Assembly: GCA_964489445.1 (NCBI GenBank)
Contig: CAZAYU010000005.1
Span: 4,799-68,798 of the forward strand
Direction: 5' to 3'
Source of the DNA: an uncultured Planctomycetia bacterium
GTDB lineage: Bacteria > Omnitrophota > Gorgyraeia > Duberdicusellales > 4484-171
DNA length: 64,000 nt
Every line of letters starts with the position of its first letter. The first letter of the stretch is position 1. The notes under the pieces were generated by a model that was given only the letters and a program-made list of their open reading frames with translations, was not told the origin of the DNA and did not search any database. Shown one piece after another: positions 28,160 to 39,282 of this stretch. A program made the translations under genes and the position numbers.

Positions 28160-28353
28160 TAAAAAAGCCGAGCCACCAATCATTGGTAGCTCGGCTATCC
28201 TTGTCCATAATTAGCCTGATTGTCTTTAAGAGGCAACCCGGCTATCCTGTACTAATAAAAACGCCTAATTGCCTCCGATAACAACCGGCTATCCTTAATA
28301 GTTAAGGATCCGTAGCTTTGCGTCCTCATGTTGCCATGAGTTTGCCTTTTTCG
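28160..28353 (-). ncRNA. Candidate small RNA, unit B, paralogous to unit A: the same 48-nt 5' module (loop GCAA), then an 11-bp-stem intrinsic terminator.
   Basis: 5' module 28306-28353 is about 98% identical to 28064-28111. Two extra AGGAUAGCCGG half-sites precede the terminator GCCGAGCUACC...GGUGGCUCGGC-UUUUUUA. Confidence 0.35.
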
Positions 28354-28527
28354 GATAATTCTTAATTTTCCAACCATATAAATATAACATATTTTACCAA
28401 TATTTCCCAATAACCAAGGTAATTAATTGACATCTTTCGAAAAATAACTAATAATAGAAAGCAAAAATACCAACAAACTATGATTTTATTTTTTCATGGT
28501 TCTTCGTTAAATCCTCTGGCCAAAAAA

Positions 28528-28905
28528 CTAACCTCTAAGGATCTTTCTACCACTTCTGCTTTTTGATAAATAATCAACGAGATCTTCAGGGACAGAGAGC
28601 ATAACATCATAAAACTTGCCGAAGCGTTCGCAACCAGGAGGATTGTGCTGGCGACACTTTAGCGGACGGTCAGAATAGATATCACACTTATCCTTACTAT
28701 TCAGATACATACATCGTCCTTCTACCAGCTGATACCAACGGCGATTGCGGATATAAACCTGAACAGTATCAAAATGAAGCTGCCACTTAAGATCCTCCAC
28801 CTCTGCCTGATTCTCGGGTTTACCGATATCCATAGCTAGATTGCGGCAGCATATCGCTGGGCAATCTTTACAGCTGTATTTTGTTTTTTCTTTTGCCTTT
28901 TTCAT
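28528..28905 (-). CDS. YkgJ/UPF0153-family Fe-S or Zn-binding protein (CxxCxxCC).
   Basis: CKDCPAICC at the N-terminus and additional Cys in ...DKCDIYSDRPLKCRQ..., typical of the putative zinc/iron-chelating domain. Confidence 0.65.
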   Translation of the reverse strand: MKKAKEKTKYSCKDCPAICCRNLAMDIGKPENQAEVEDLKWQLHFDTVQVYIRNRRWYQLVEGRCMYLNSKDKCDIYSDRPLKCRQHNPPGCERFGKFYDVMLSVPEDLVDYLSKSRSGRKILRG

Positions 28906-29041
28906 AATTAATTATTAATATTCCTTAAATATTAATAATAAACAAATATTTAGATAAATAAGATGATTAAAGTAATGCGAAAATATTTCAAACAGGAAAA
29001 TACAATCTTTAAAGGATTACCGTGGATTATTATGGTCCAAT

Positions 29042-29239
29042 TTAAGTTTTATTCTCTAGGACTACACCATTAAGGCAATCTAACGATGCATACTGTCTAC
29101 CTATTGCGCTCCTGACATCCCAGCGCCCCTTAGACAGGGTAAGCATTGCAAAATCTTTCAACAAAGATCCAAATCTACTTGCATTATCTTCCTGTTGATA
29201 ATAACTTATTGCTTCACTTAGGGTTGAAGTATTACTCAT
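29042..29239 (-). CDS. Hypothetical small protein, 65 aa.
   Basis: ORF lying 8 bp downstream of eda on the same strand. No recognisable motif. Confidence 0.25.
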   Translation of the reverse strand: MSNTSTLSEAISYYQQEDNASRFGSLLKDFAMLTLSKGRWDVRSAIGRQYASLDCLNGVVLENKT

Positions 29240-29247
29240 TTGTATTT

Positions 29248-29877
29248 TTAAATTCCAGGAACACCTTGAATGAGTTTTTTAATTTCTGATTCAATTTTTG
29301 AAAAATTATTTTCTTCTATCCACTGTTTTTTAAATAAGCTACCGCCAAATGCTACCGCAGAGGCGCCGCAATTAAAAAATTCTTGAATATTTCCGCTATT
29401 TACCCCACCACAAGCAAGCAACTTAATCTTATCAAAGGGCCCCCGTATCTCTTTAAAATATTCAGGACCAAAGAATTTAGCCGGAAACACCTTAACCATT
29501 GAAGCTCCGGCATTCCAGGCATTGTATATTTCTTGAGGTGTAAACGCACCGGGAAATACAGAAATATTATTATCTAAACAAGACTTCATTACCTCGGGTA
29601 TTAATACCGGCATTACAATAAACTCAGCCCCGCTGTCTATTGCTTTTTTAAAATCATTATTGTTCAATACTGTTCCCGCCCCTACACTTAACATTCCACA
29701 GGATTCCTTATTCATCTTTTTAATTAGTAAATCCGCATTAGGAGTATTCATTGTAATCTCTACTGTTTTTAACCCTGAAGAAATTAAAGCTGCAGTAAGC
29801 GGAGCAATAGCTTTTTCTTCTATTCCCCTTAATATTCCCATTAGCGGAAATTGCTTAAAGTCATTTAAATTCATCAT
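29248..29877 (-). CDS. eda: KDPG / KHG aldolase (Eda family).
   Basis: LMGILRGIEEKAIAPLTAALISSGLKTVEITMNTPNA and the (beta/alpha)8 Eda-type layout. Confidence 0.8.
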   Translation of the reverse strand: MMNLNDFKQFPLMGILRGIEEKAIAPLTAALISSGLKTVEITMNTPNADLLIKKMNKESCGMLSVGAGTVLNNNDFKKAIDSGAEFIVMPVLIPEVMKSCLDNNISVFPGAFTPQEIYNAWNAGASMVKVFPAKFFGPEYFKEIRGPFDKIKLLACGGVNSGNIQEFFNCGASAVAFGGSLFKKQWIEENNFSKIESEIKKLIQGVPGI

Positions 29878-29965
29878 TTTTTCTAATTTTTATTATTTTT
29901 TTCCTTATCTTTTTCTTAACCTCAGCCTCATCCTTAACCTTTTTTTTACTTTATCCTTTAACTTT

Positions 29966-30083
29966 GACCTTTCTTCCTTTCTTTATCGTCCCTCTTCCCT
30001 CTTCTATCTTTTTCCTTTAGCCTTGAACCTTTCTTCTTTTCTTTATCGTCCCTCTTCCGTCATCTATCTTCCGTCGCTCTCTC
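29966..30083. repeat. Tandem direct repeat of roughly 59 bp, two copies at about 85% identity, inside a 240-bp polypyrimidine (plus-strand) intergenic tract.
   Basis: tgacctttcttcctttctttatcgtccctcttccctcttctatcttt... and tgaacctttcttcttttctttatcgtccctcttccgtcatctatctt... The mRNA-sense (minus) strand is purine- and GGA-rich. Confidence 0.7.
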
Positions 30084-30118
30084 CACTTACCCCTTAATTC
30101 TTACCCTTTAATCTTAAA

Positions 30119-31069
30119 TTAATCCAGCCCAGTATTAGTCAGGCTTTCGTAAAATTTACGATAGTCTTCTTTACCATTGCTATTTCGTAACGCCATTGCC
30201 GCACGCGGATGTTCATTCATTATTCCGGCTATCGCGTAAGGAATAATGTATCCCCACTCGATTTTGTCTCTCAACGGAATAAATTCCTTTGATATTAAAT
30301 CTAAAATTGGACGGACGTCGAACTTAGGATTTTTTAAAAATCCGATTAATAGCTCTAAAGGACAATTCCCCGCCGCACGGCCAATCCCATAAACTGTTGC
30401 ATCTAAATAGTTGGCGTTGTGAATAATTGCTTCAATAGTGTTGCCAAAGGCTAATTGTTGATTATTGTGCCCATGAAAACCAACTTCTTTTGTTTTCAGA
30501 GCTTTTTTGAATCTGTCTACTAAATCTTCTGTTGTTTCCTGATACAGCGCACCAAAACTATCCACAATATACACTGCTTGAGCACTGCTTTCCGCTTCAA
30601 TTTGTAATAACGCCTCATCAAGCTCCGGCCCATTATCGCGAGATATAGCCATAATATTCATTGTTACTTCGTATCCTTTTTCTTTAAAATGATTAACCAT
30701 GACAATCGCTTTATCAACATCTTTAACGTACGTTGCTACCCGAATCATATCTACTGGACTTTCTGCTGCCGGCTTAACATCATCTAAGTCAACTCTTCCC
30801 ACATCAACCATTACTGATATTTTAGTTTTGGACTCAATACCCGCAATTACTTTTTGAATTTCTCGGTCATCACAAAATTTCCAAAGACCATACTCTTTAG
30901 CTGAAAATAATTTTGGTGAATTTTTATAACCAATCTCCATGTAATCCACCCCAGCATCCGAAACCGCCTTATACACTCCCCGGACAAAATCAATACCAAA
31001 ATCGTGGTTATTAATTAACCCACCATCTCTAACCGTGCAATCTAAAACCTTAATCTTTTCTCTGAACAT
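30119..31069 (-). CDS. HMGL-like (pyruvate carboxyltransferase / DRE-TIM) aldolase or synthase, 316 aa, with no regulatory C-terminal domain.
   Basis: LDCTVRDGG is the DxTxRDG metal-site signature of the HMGL-like family, within a TIM-barrel-length protein. Confidence 0.6.
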   Translation of the reverse strand: MFREKIKVLDCTVRDGGLINNHDFGIDFVRGVYKAVSDAGVDYMEIGYKNSPKLFSAKEYGLWKFCDDREIQKVIAGIESKTKISVMVDVGRVDLDDVKPAAESPVDMIRVATYVKDVDKAIVMVNHFKEKGYEVTMNIMAISRDNGPELDEALLQIEAESSAQAVYIVDSFGALYQETTEDLVDRFKKALKTKEVGFHGHNNQQLAFGNTIEAIIHNANYLDATVYGIGRAAGNCPLELLIGFLKNPKFDVRPILDLISKEFIPLRDKIEWGYIIPYAIAGIMNEHPRAAMALRNSNGKEDYRKFYESLTNTGLD

Positions 31070-31250
31070 ACCTCTCCTTAAGTTAATAAACCTATAAAAT
31101 TACGACAACTCTTCTGTTTGGATATTATAAGGGAATAAATTGATTAGGCAAATAAAATATTTCGCGGAAAGTTCTGCTTTGAGTAAACTAAAATAGAAAA
31201 AATCATGTTCCGAAAACAAAAAAAACTTCTTTTAATGCCAAATAAAAATA

Positions 31251-31296
31251 AAACCAATCTTCCACCTTGTAGGCGGAAGATTGGTTTTATTTTTTT
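31251..31296 (-). terminator. Rho-independent terminator (bidirectional hairpin) downstream of gdhA.
   Basis: aaaccaatcttcc-N11-ggaagattggttt, a 13-bp stem flanked by T/A runs on both sides. Confidence 0.6.
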
Positions 31297-31320
31297 CGTT
31301 TGCTTTTTAGTTAAATCAGT

Positions 31321-34049
<2,729 letters not shown>

Positions 34050-34084
34050 AATTATTCTTGATTAATCTATTTTCCTCGCTAACT

Positions 34085-34939
34085 CTAACTACCGTTTTCA
34101 TTTTTTAATCCAATTCGGCACTTGGTTTTATAGCTATTCAAGGAAGCTGCTTCTTTATCTTTATATCTACCTTGGCGAATGATTAAATCTTCAAAGTCCA
34201 CTAAATGTCCGTCAAATTCCGGACCATCAACGCAAGTAAATTTCTGCTCTCCATTGTACCTCACCCGACAACCACCGCACATACCAGTTCCGTCAATCAT
34301 TATCGCATTCAGAGAAACTAACGTTTTAACTGAATAAAGTTTAGTCATCTCGCAAACCATTTTCATCATGATTATCGGACCAATCGCAAACACTAAATCA
34401 TACTTATCTTTATTTAACAAATCTTTCAAAACATCAGTAACAAATCCTTTCCGCCCCTTGCTCCCATCATCAGTGGTAACATACAACTTATCGCAAAACT
34501 CCTTAATTTCTTCCTCACAAATAACTAAACTCTTGTTCCGAAATCCAATAATTGTTGTTACATCGTTACCCTCTTTTTGTATTGCCCGGGCTATCGGGTA
34601 TGCTTCCGCAGTTCCTACTCCTCCACCAATACAAATTGCCTTTCCAATAGCCCTAGTATTAACAGCATGGCCTAAGGGACCGGCAACATCCAGAATAAAA
34701 TCACCTTGATTTAAAGCGCACAGTTTTTTTGTACTCACCCCGATTGCTTGACACACCACGGTAACTGTACCACTTGTTTGATTAAAATCATAGATGGTCA
34801 ACGGAAACCGTTCACCCTGCTCATCAATGCGTAAAATTAAGAATTGCCCCGGTGAAGCCGCTTGTGCAATATCAAAAGCCTCAATCTCCACAAGACAAAT
34901 TTCCGGATTTAATTGTTTTTTTCTGGTTATTCTATACAT
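34085..34939 (-). CDS. nfnA: NfnA / PyrK-like FAD + [2Fe-2S] electron-transfer subunit (SudB-like).
   Basis: Ferredoxin-NADP reductase-like barrel and a C-terminal CGGCRV...C cluster. It lies directly upstream of nfnB. Confidence 0.7.
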   Translation of the reverse strand: MYRITRKKQLNPEICLVEIEAFDIAQAASPGQFLILRIDEQGERFPLTIYDFNQTSGTVTVVCQAIGVSTKKLCALNQGDFILDVAGPLGHAVNTRAIGKAICIGGGVGTAEAYPIARAIQKEGNDVTTIIGFRNKSLVICEEEIKEFCDKLYVTTDDGSKGRKGFVTDVLKDLLNKDKYDLVFAIGPIIMMKMVCEMTKLYSVKTLVSLNAIMIDGTGMCGGCRVRYNGEQKFTCVDGPEFDGHLVDFEDLIIRQGRYKDKEAASLNSYKTKCRIGLKNENGS

Positions 34940-35184
34940 CTTATTCTCCTACCTCTGGTTTAACTCATCTTTAAAAAAATAGCGCTCTTCTTCCTTATAG
35001 TCCAGAAAAAGAACGCCACTGTTCCTTTTTACGTAAAGATACGATATGTGTATATTATTTGCAATTTTTGAAAAATGTCAAGAATTTTGTGATTTTTTTT
35101 CCAAAACCAATGTCATAGCTTATAACACTTAAGTTAAAGAACTCATCCGAACTGCAAGAATGCATTTAAACATGGCCATTCCCT

Positions 35185-37011
35185 TTATTCAACGGTAACA
35201 CTTTTTGCTAAATTACGCGGTTTATCTACATCATAATCTTTTAGAGCCGCCATATAATAGGCTAACAACTGTAGCGGAATGATAGTAACTAATGGTGAAA
35301 ACAGCTCGGCTATTTCCGGAATAAAAAAAACTTCCCTTACATATTCACTCATCCATTCATTCCCAACGGTCGCTATGGCAATAACTTTACCTTTCCGCGC
35401 TAAAACTTCCTGAATGTTTGAAGCAATTTTACTAAGCACGCAGGAATTATTTGCAATACAAACAACCGCCCGATACTCATCAATTAATGCTATCGGACCA
35501 TGCTTCATCTCTCCCGCAGCATAACCTTCAGCGGGGATATACGAAATTTCTTTCAATTTTAAAGCACCTTCCAAGGCTGTAGGATAGTTAATGTTTCTTC
35601 CCAAATAAAGAAAAGCACCAAAGTGAAGGTGTTTCTTGGCTATCTTTCTAATAATTTTTAAATCTTCTAGAATTTTCTTCTGAACGCACGGAACACTTTG
35701 TAAAGAAGCTGATATTTTTCTCAACTCTTGGGTATTAAGCGTTTTTTTCAAACCCGCAAGATATATCCCAAAAAGATAAATAACCGTAAGTTGAGCTGTG
35801 TAGGCTTTTGTCGAGGCAACACTTATCTCCGATCCGGCATCGATATATAAAACCGCATCCGCTTCCCGTGTCAGCGCAGAATTCAATACATTACATATTG
35901 CCAATACTTTAACTTTACTTTTTTTTGCCTCACGAACTGCTGCTAAAGTATCCGCCGTTTCTCCGGATTGGCTTATCGCAATCACTAAAGTATCATTTTG
36001 AACGACAGATTTTCGGTACCGGAATTCACTGCCTAAATCAACAGATACTGGAATCTTTGTGAGTGTCTCAATCGCATATTTTCCGATTAACCCTGCGTGA
36101 TATGCGGTACCACAAGCAAGAATAAGAATGTTTTTTATTTTTTTAAGAAAAGCATCCCCTATCTCTAAGTTTGTAAATTTAACTTTCCCCGATGAACTTA
36201 AATAGCGTAAAAGAAGCCTGGAAATGACTTTAGGCTGATCATATATCTCCTTAAGCATAAAATGCTTAAACCCTTTTTTTTGGACCGATTGCCTGTTATT
36301 CTTAATAACTTGGACTTTTTTATTGATTTTAACACCATCAACCCCGAAAACATCAACACTATCTTTTCGAACAATCGCCATCTCATTATCCTCAAGGTAA
36401 ATGATGCGTTTGGTATAATTTAAAACTGCCGAGACATCAGACGTGATAAAATTCTCTTTATCTCCCAATCCAATAGCCAAAGACGAATCCTTGCGCACAG
36501 CAATTATCTCGTCCGGATTTTTAAGACTAATAACTCCCAAAGCATAAGACCCTTTTATTTTTCTAATTGCCTCTTTTACCGCCGCTTTCAGTGAATGTTT
36601 ATAAAACTTACTAATTAAGTAAACAATAACTTCACTATCCGTATCAGACTTAAATACATACCCTTCTTTTTTTAAACCCCTTCTTATTTCGCTGAAATTT
36701 TCAATAATCCCGTTATGAACTATAGCGATCGTCTTATTCGAATTAACATGAGGATGAGCATTAATCCGAGAAGGCTTACCGTGAGTTGCCCAGCGAGTAT
36801 GACCCAACCCTGAATTACCATTTAATTTCTTAGAAGCGATTAATTCGGCTGAACACCCGATCCTGCCTTTGTGTTTTGCTAGCTCTAATCTTCCGCCGTT
36901 AAGAGTAGCAATACCAAAAGAGTCGTAACCGCGGTATTCAAGCTTTTTTAAACCGCTTACTATTATCCCTTTGGCTTGCTTTCTCCCAATATATCCGACT
37001 ATTCCACACAT
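35185..37011 (-). CDS. glmS: Glutamine--fructose-6-phosphate aminotransferase.
   Basis: N-terminal MCGIVGY Ntn-amidotransferase nucleophile and two SIS domains. Confidence 0.92.
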   Translation of the reverse strand: MCGIVGYIGRKQAKGIIVSGLKKLEYRGYDSFGIATLNGGRLELAKHKGRIGCSAELIASKKLNGNSGLGHTRWATHGKPSRINAHPHVNSNKTIAIVHNGIIENFSEIRRGLKKEGYVFKSDTDSEVIVYLISKFYKHSLKAAVKEAIRKIKGSYALGVISLKNPDEIIAVRKDSSLAIGLGDKENFITSDVSAVLNYTKRIIYLEDNEMAIVRKDSVDVFGVDGVKINKKVQVIKNNRQSVQKKGFKHFMLKEIYDQPKVISRLLLRYLSSSGKVKFTNLEIGDAFLKKIKNILILACGTAYHAGLIGKYAIETLTKIPVSVDLGSEFRYRKSVVQNDTLVIAISQSGETADTLAAVREAKKSKVKVLAICNVLNSALTREADAVLYIDAGSEISVASTKAYTAQLTVIYLFGIYLAGLKKTLNTQELRKISASLQSVPCVQKKILEDLKIIRKIAKKHLHFGAFLYLGRNINYPTALEGALKLKEISYIPAEGYAAGEMKHGPIALIDEYRAVVCIANNSCVLSKIASNIQEVLARKGKVIAIATVGNEWMSEYVREVFFIPEIAELFSPLVTIIPLQLLAYYMAALKDYDVDKPRNLAKSVTVE

Positions 37012-37244
37012 TATCTTATTGATTGCTTGCTGACTATTTCTGCTTCATTTTGTCTTATCATCTTCCAAAAAAAACATATCTTCGTCCGCATTGTTTAACT
37101 TTGAAAAGGCCTAAAATAAAAAAAAGCGTTCTACGCGAACGCCTTTGCTCCTTGCCGTTAGAATACAAACTTTGTACTCTGTTTAAACCATAGCATTTTG
37201 CTTACTCATTGTCAAGTATTCATCTTGAAAATAAGTAATAATTT

Positions 37245-38654
37245 TTACCCTTCGTTATTGTCGCGTTGTTCAAACGTAGTATACTTTTGATTAAACGGCC
37301 CCGTATACATTGCCCGAGGACGAAAAATACGATTATGCTTAAGATATTCTTCTACCCGTGCTGTCCACCCAGCTACTCGACTTACCGCAAACATGGTAGT
37401 AAAAAATTCTGGAAGAATTCCTAATGCGCTATAAACAATTCCTGAGTAAAAATCAACATTTGGAAATACCCCTTTTTCTACACCTAAAGTTGACACTACT
37501 TCTTCTTCCAAGCTTCGAGAAATATTAAACAGCAATGCTGATTCCTCATTGCTCTTAGAAAGATACTCGGCCAACGGAGACAAAATTCTAGCCCGTGGAT
37601 CATGTGCTTTGTAGACACGATGCCCAAAGCCCATAATTTTTTGCTTCTTTCTTCGTGCTTTTTCATACCAAGACTTTACGTTTTCAACATCTCCTATTCC
37701 TTTCAACATCTGCAACACTCGTTCGTTAGCCCCACCATGTAACGGTCCATTCAGCGCTGCAATCCCTGATCCAACCGAAAGATAAATGTCTGACAATGTC
37801 GAAGCAACCACCATTGACGCAAAAGTGCTAGCATTCATCCCATGATCTGCATGCAAAATTAAGGCAATATCCATTATCCGTTCTTCTTCCGGAGAGGGAA
37901 CTTTCCCAGTCATCATGTAAATCAAATTAGCAGCATGACCCAACCCCGGCTTAGATTCAATAGGAAAATGACCCTGCTGAATTCGAGCAATTGCCGCAGC
38001 AAGCGAAGCTACGCCGGAAATTAAATGATAACAAGAATTCTTTCCAATGGCTGATTCTAAATATTTACTCTTACTTCTATGTTCTCTCTCAAATCTTTTA
38101 TTTTTGAATTCATAAACCGCATGCTTTTCCCCCATTGGTTTTGTTTCCATAGGTATTGAATCTTCATCAGTCCCGATTACCTTCGGCGCTTTCCAATTAT
38201 CCTGATCTGCATAAGTAAACTCCTGCCGCATCAAGTTAACTCCTAGCCGCAACGCCGCCATCGGATTCATCTTTTCCACAGAGAAATTTAACATTAATTT
38301 TATTGTATTTGGAACACTTCGGCAAGCCACAAGTTTCCTTTTAAAATTTTTTAACTGCCCAGAATTTGGAAGGCTACCGCGTAAAAGCAAGTAGCACACT
38401 TCTTCATAAGTTGAATAAGCACACAAATCAAAAATATCATAGCCACTGTATATTAAACACCCTTTAGAACCATTGACATACCCTATTTTGCTTTCACAGG
38501 CAATTGCTCCCTCTAAACCAGGCCCAACAATACATTCTACCGGCCATTTAATTGGTTTAATAAGCTCGCCCTCTGGCTCAAAACTAGTTTCTTTGCGCGC
38601 TTTTTTTGCTGCCTTGACTACCAAGCTGGTAATTTTCTTAGTTTTCTCATGCAT
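37245..38654 (-). CDS. Citrate synthase family protein, 469 aa.
   Basis: GHRVYKAHDPRA, HGGANE and the C-terminal D...R catalytic residues. It appears to carry an internal insertion of about 50 aa relative to typical bacterial enzymes. Confidence 0.8.
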   Translation of the reverse strand: MHEKTKKITSLVVKAAKKARKETSFEPEGELIKPIKWPVECIVGPGLEGAIACESKIGYVNGSKGCLIYSGYDIFDLCAYSTYEEVCYLLLRGSLPNSGQLKNFKRKLVACRSVPNTIKLMLNFSVEKMNPMAALRLGVNLMRQEFTYADQDNWKAPKVIGTDEDSIPMETKPMGEKHAVYEFKNKRFEREHRSKSKYLESAIGKNSCYHLISGVASLAAAIARIQQGHFPIESKPGLGHAANLIYMMTGKVPSPEEERIMDIALILHADHGMNASTFASMVVASTLSDIYLSVGSGIAALNGPLHGGANERVLQMLKGIGDVENVKSWYEKARRKKQKIMGFGHRVYKAHDPRARILSPLAEYLSKSNEESALLFNISRSLEEEVVSTLGVEKGVFPNVDFYSGIVYSALGILPEFFTTMFAVSRVAGWTARVEEYLKHNRIFRPRAMYTGPFNQKYTTFEQRDNNEG

Positions 38655-38820
38655 AAGATAACCTCTCTTTTTTTATATTCCTATTTGTCCCTGAATATGC
38701 TTATTTTTAAAACATAACAATTTTACATTAAATAGTAGTTGTTAATATGTACCACAAAAATCAACTTTTTTCAACACTAAATAACTATTTACACCTTTTA
38801 TAAAAATCCTGTTCTAAGCG

Positions 38821-39210
38821 CTATCTATTCATTTTAGCTAAATTAAATTTTTCTATCGCCTCTTGAACAGTTTTTTTTAACGCTTCATTGTCCCACGGTT
38901 TCTTTACAAAACGAAACACCTCTCCTTTGTTTATCGCCTCTTCAGCTATCTTGATATCCGAATAGCCACTCAATAAAATTCTAACTATTTCAGGATACTG
39001 TTCTTTGACTTTACATAAAAAATCAGTACCACTTATTTTTGGCATTCGGTAGTCACTAATGACCACCTTAATTGGATTACCTTCCAAAACTTTAAACGCC
39101 TCATCATACTTGGCGGCTATTACTCCAAAAGGTTCATCCACAAAAACTCTTCTTAAACAATTTAAAACAAACTGCTCGTCATCCACGACTAATAAGTTAT
39201 TCTGTTTCAT
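38821..39210 (-). CDS. Single-domain response regulator (CheY-like receiver).
   Basis: LVVDDE...D...K receiver residues in a 129-aa protein. Confidence 0.8.
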   Translation of the reverse strand: MKQNNLLVVDDEQFVLNCLRRVFVDEPFGVIAAKYDEAFKVLEGNPIKVVISDYRMPKISGTDFLCKVKEQYPEIVRILLSGYSDIKIAEEAINKGEVFRFVKKPWDNEALKKTVQEAIEKFNLAKMNR

Positions 39211-39282
39211 TTTCTTCCTCCTTTTTCATAAAATTAGCTGATTTGTTTATATTTACTCTATATTATCCACTAAGCCAGCGTC

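Noticed and set aside
28000-28360. Possibility that the repeated GGATAGCC / hairpin elements are a CRISPR array.
   Set aside because: There are only two long copies plus short half-sites. Spacing is irregular (45, 46 and 169 bp), no regular repeat-spacer periodicity exists, and no cas genes are in the window. An sRNA-like or terminator duplication fits better.
28428-28460. Plus-strand sigma70-like promoter (TTGACA-N17-TAATAA) pointing into the 3' end of the YkgJ-like gene.
   Set aside because: It would drive only antisense transcription with no downstream plus-strand ORF. It may instead be read on the minus strand as part of the sRNA-unit upstream region. It is noted, but I do not call it a feature.
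29660-30097. Plus-strand 145-aa ORF spanning the eda 5' end and the polypyrimidine tract.
   Set aside because: It is antisense to eda. Its translation is low-complexity (poly-Leu/Ser/Phe/Pro) and comes from the pyrimidine tandem repeat. No ribosome-binding site is present. It is an artefact of the repeat.
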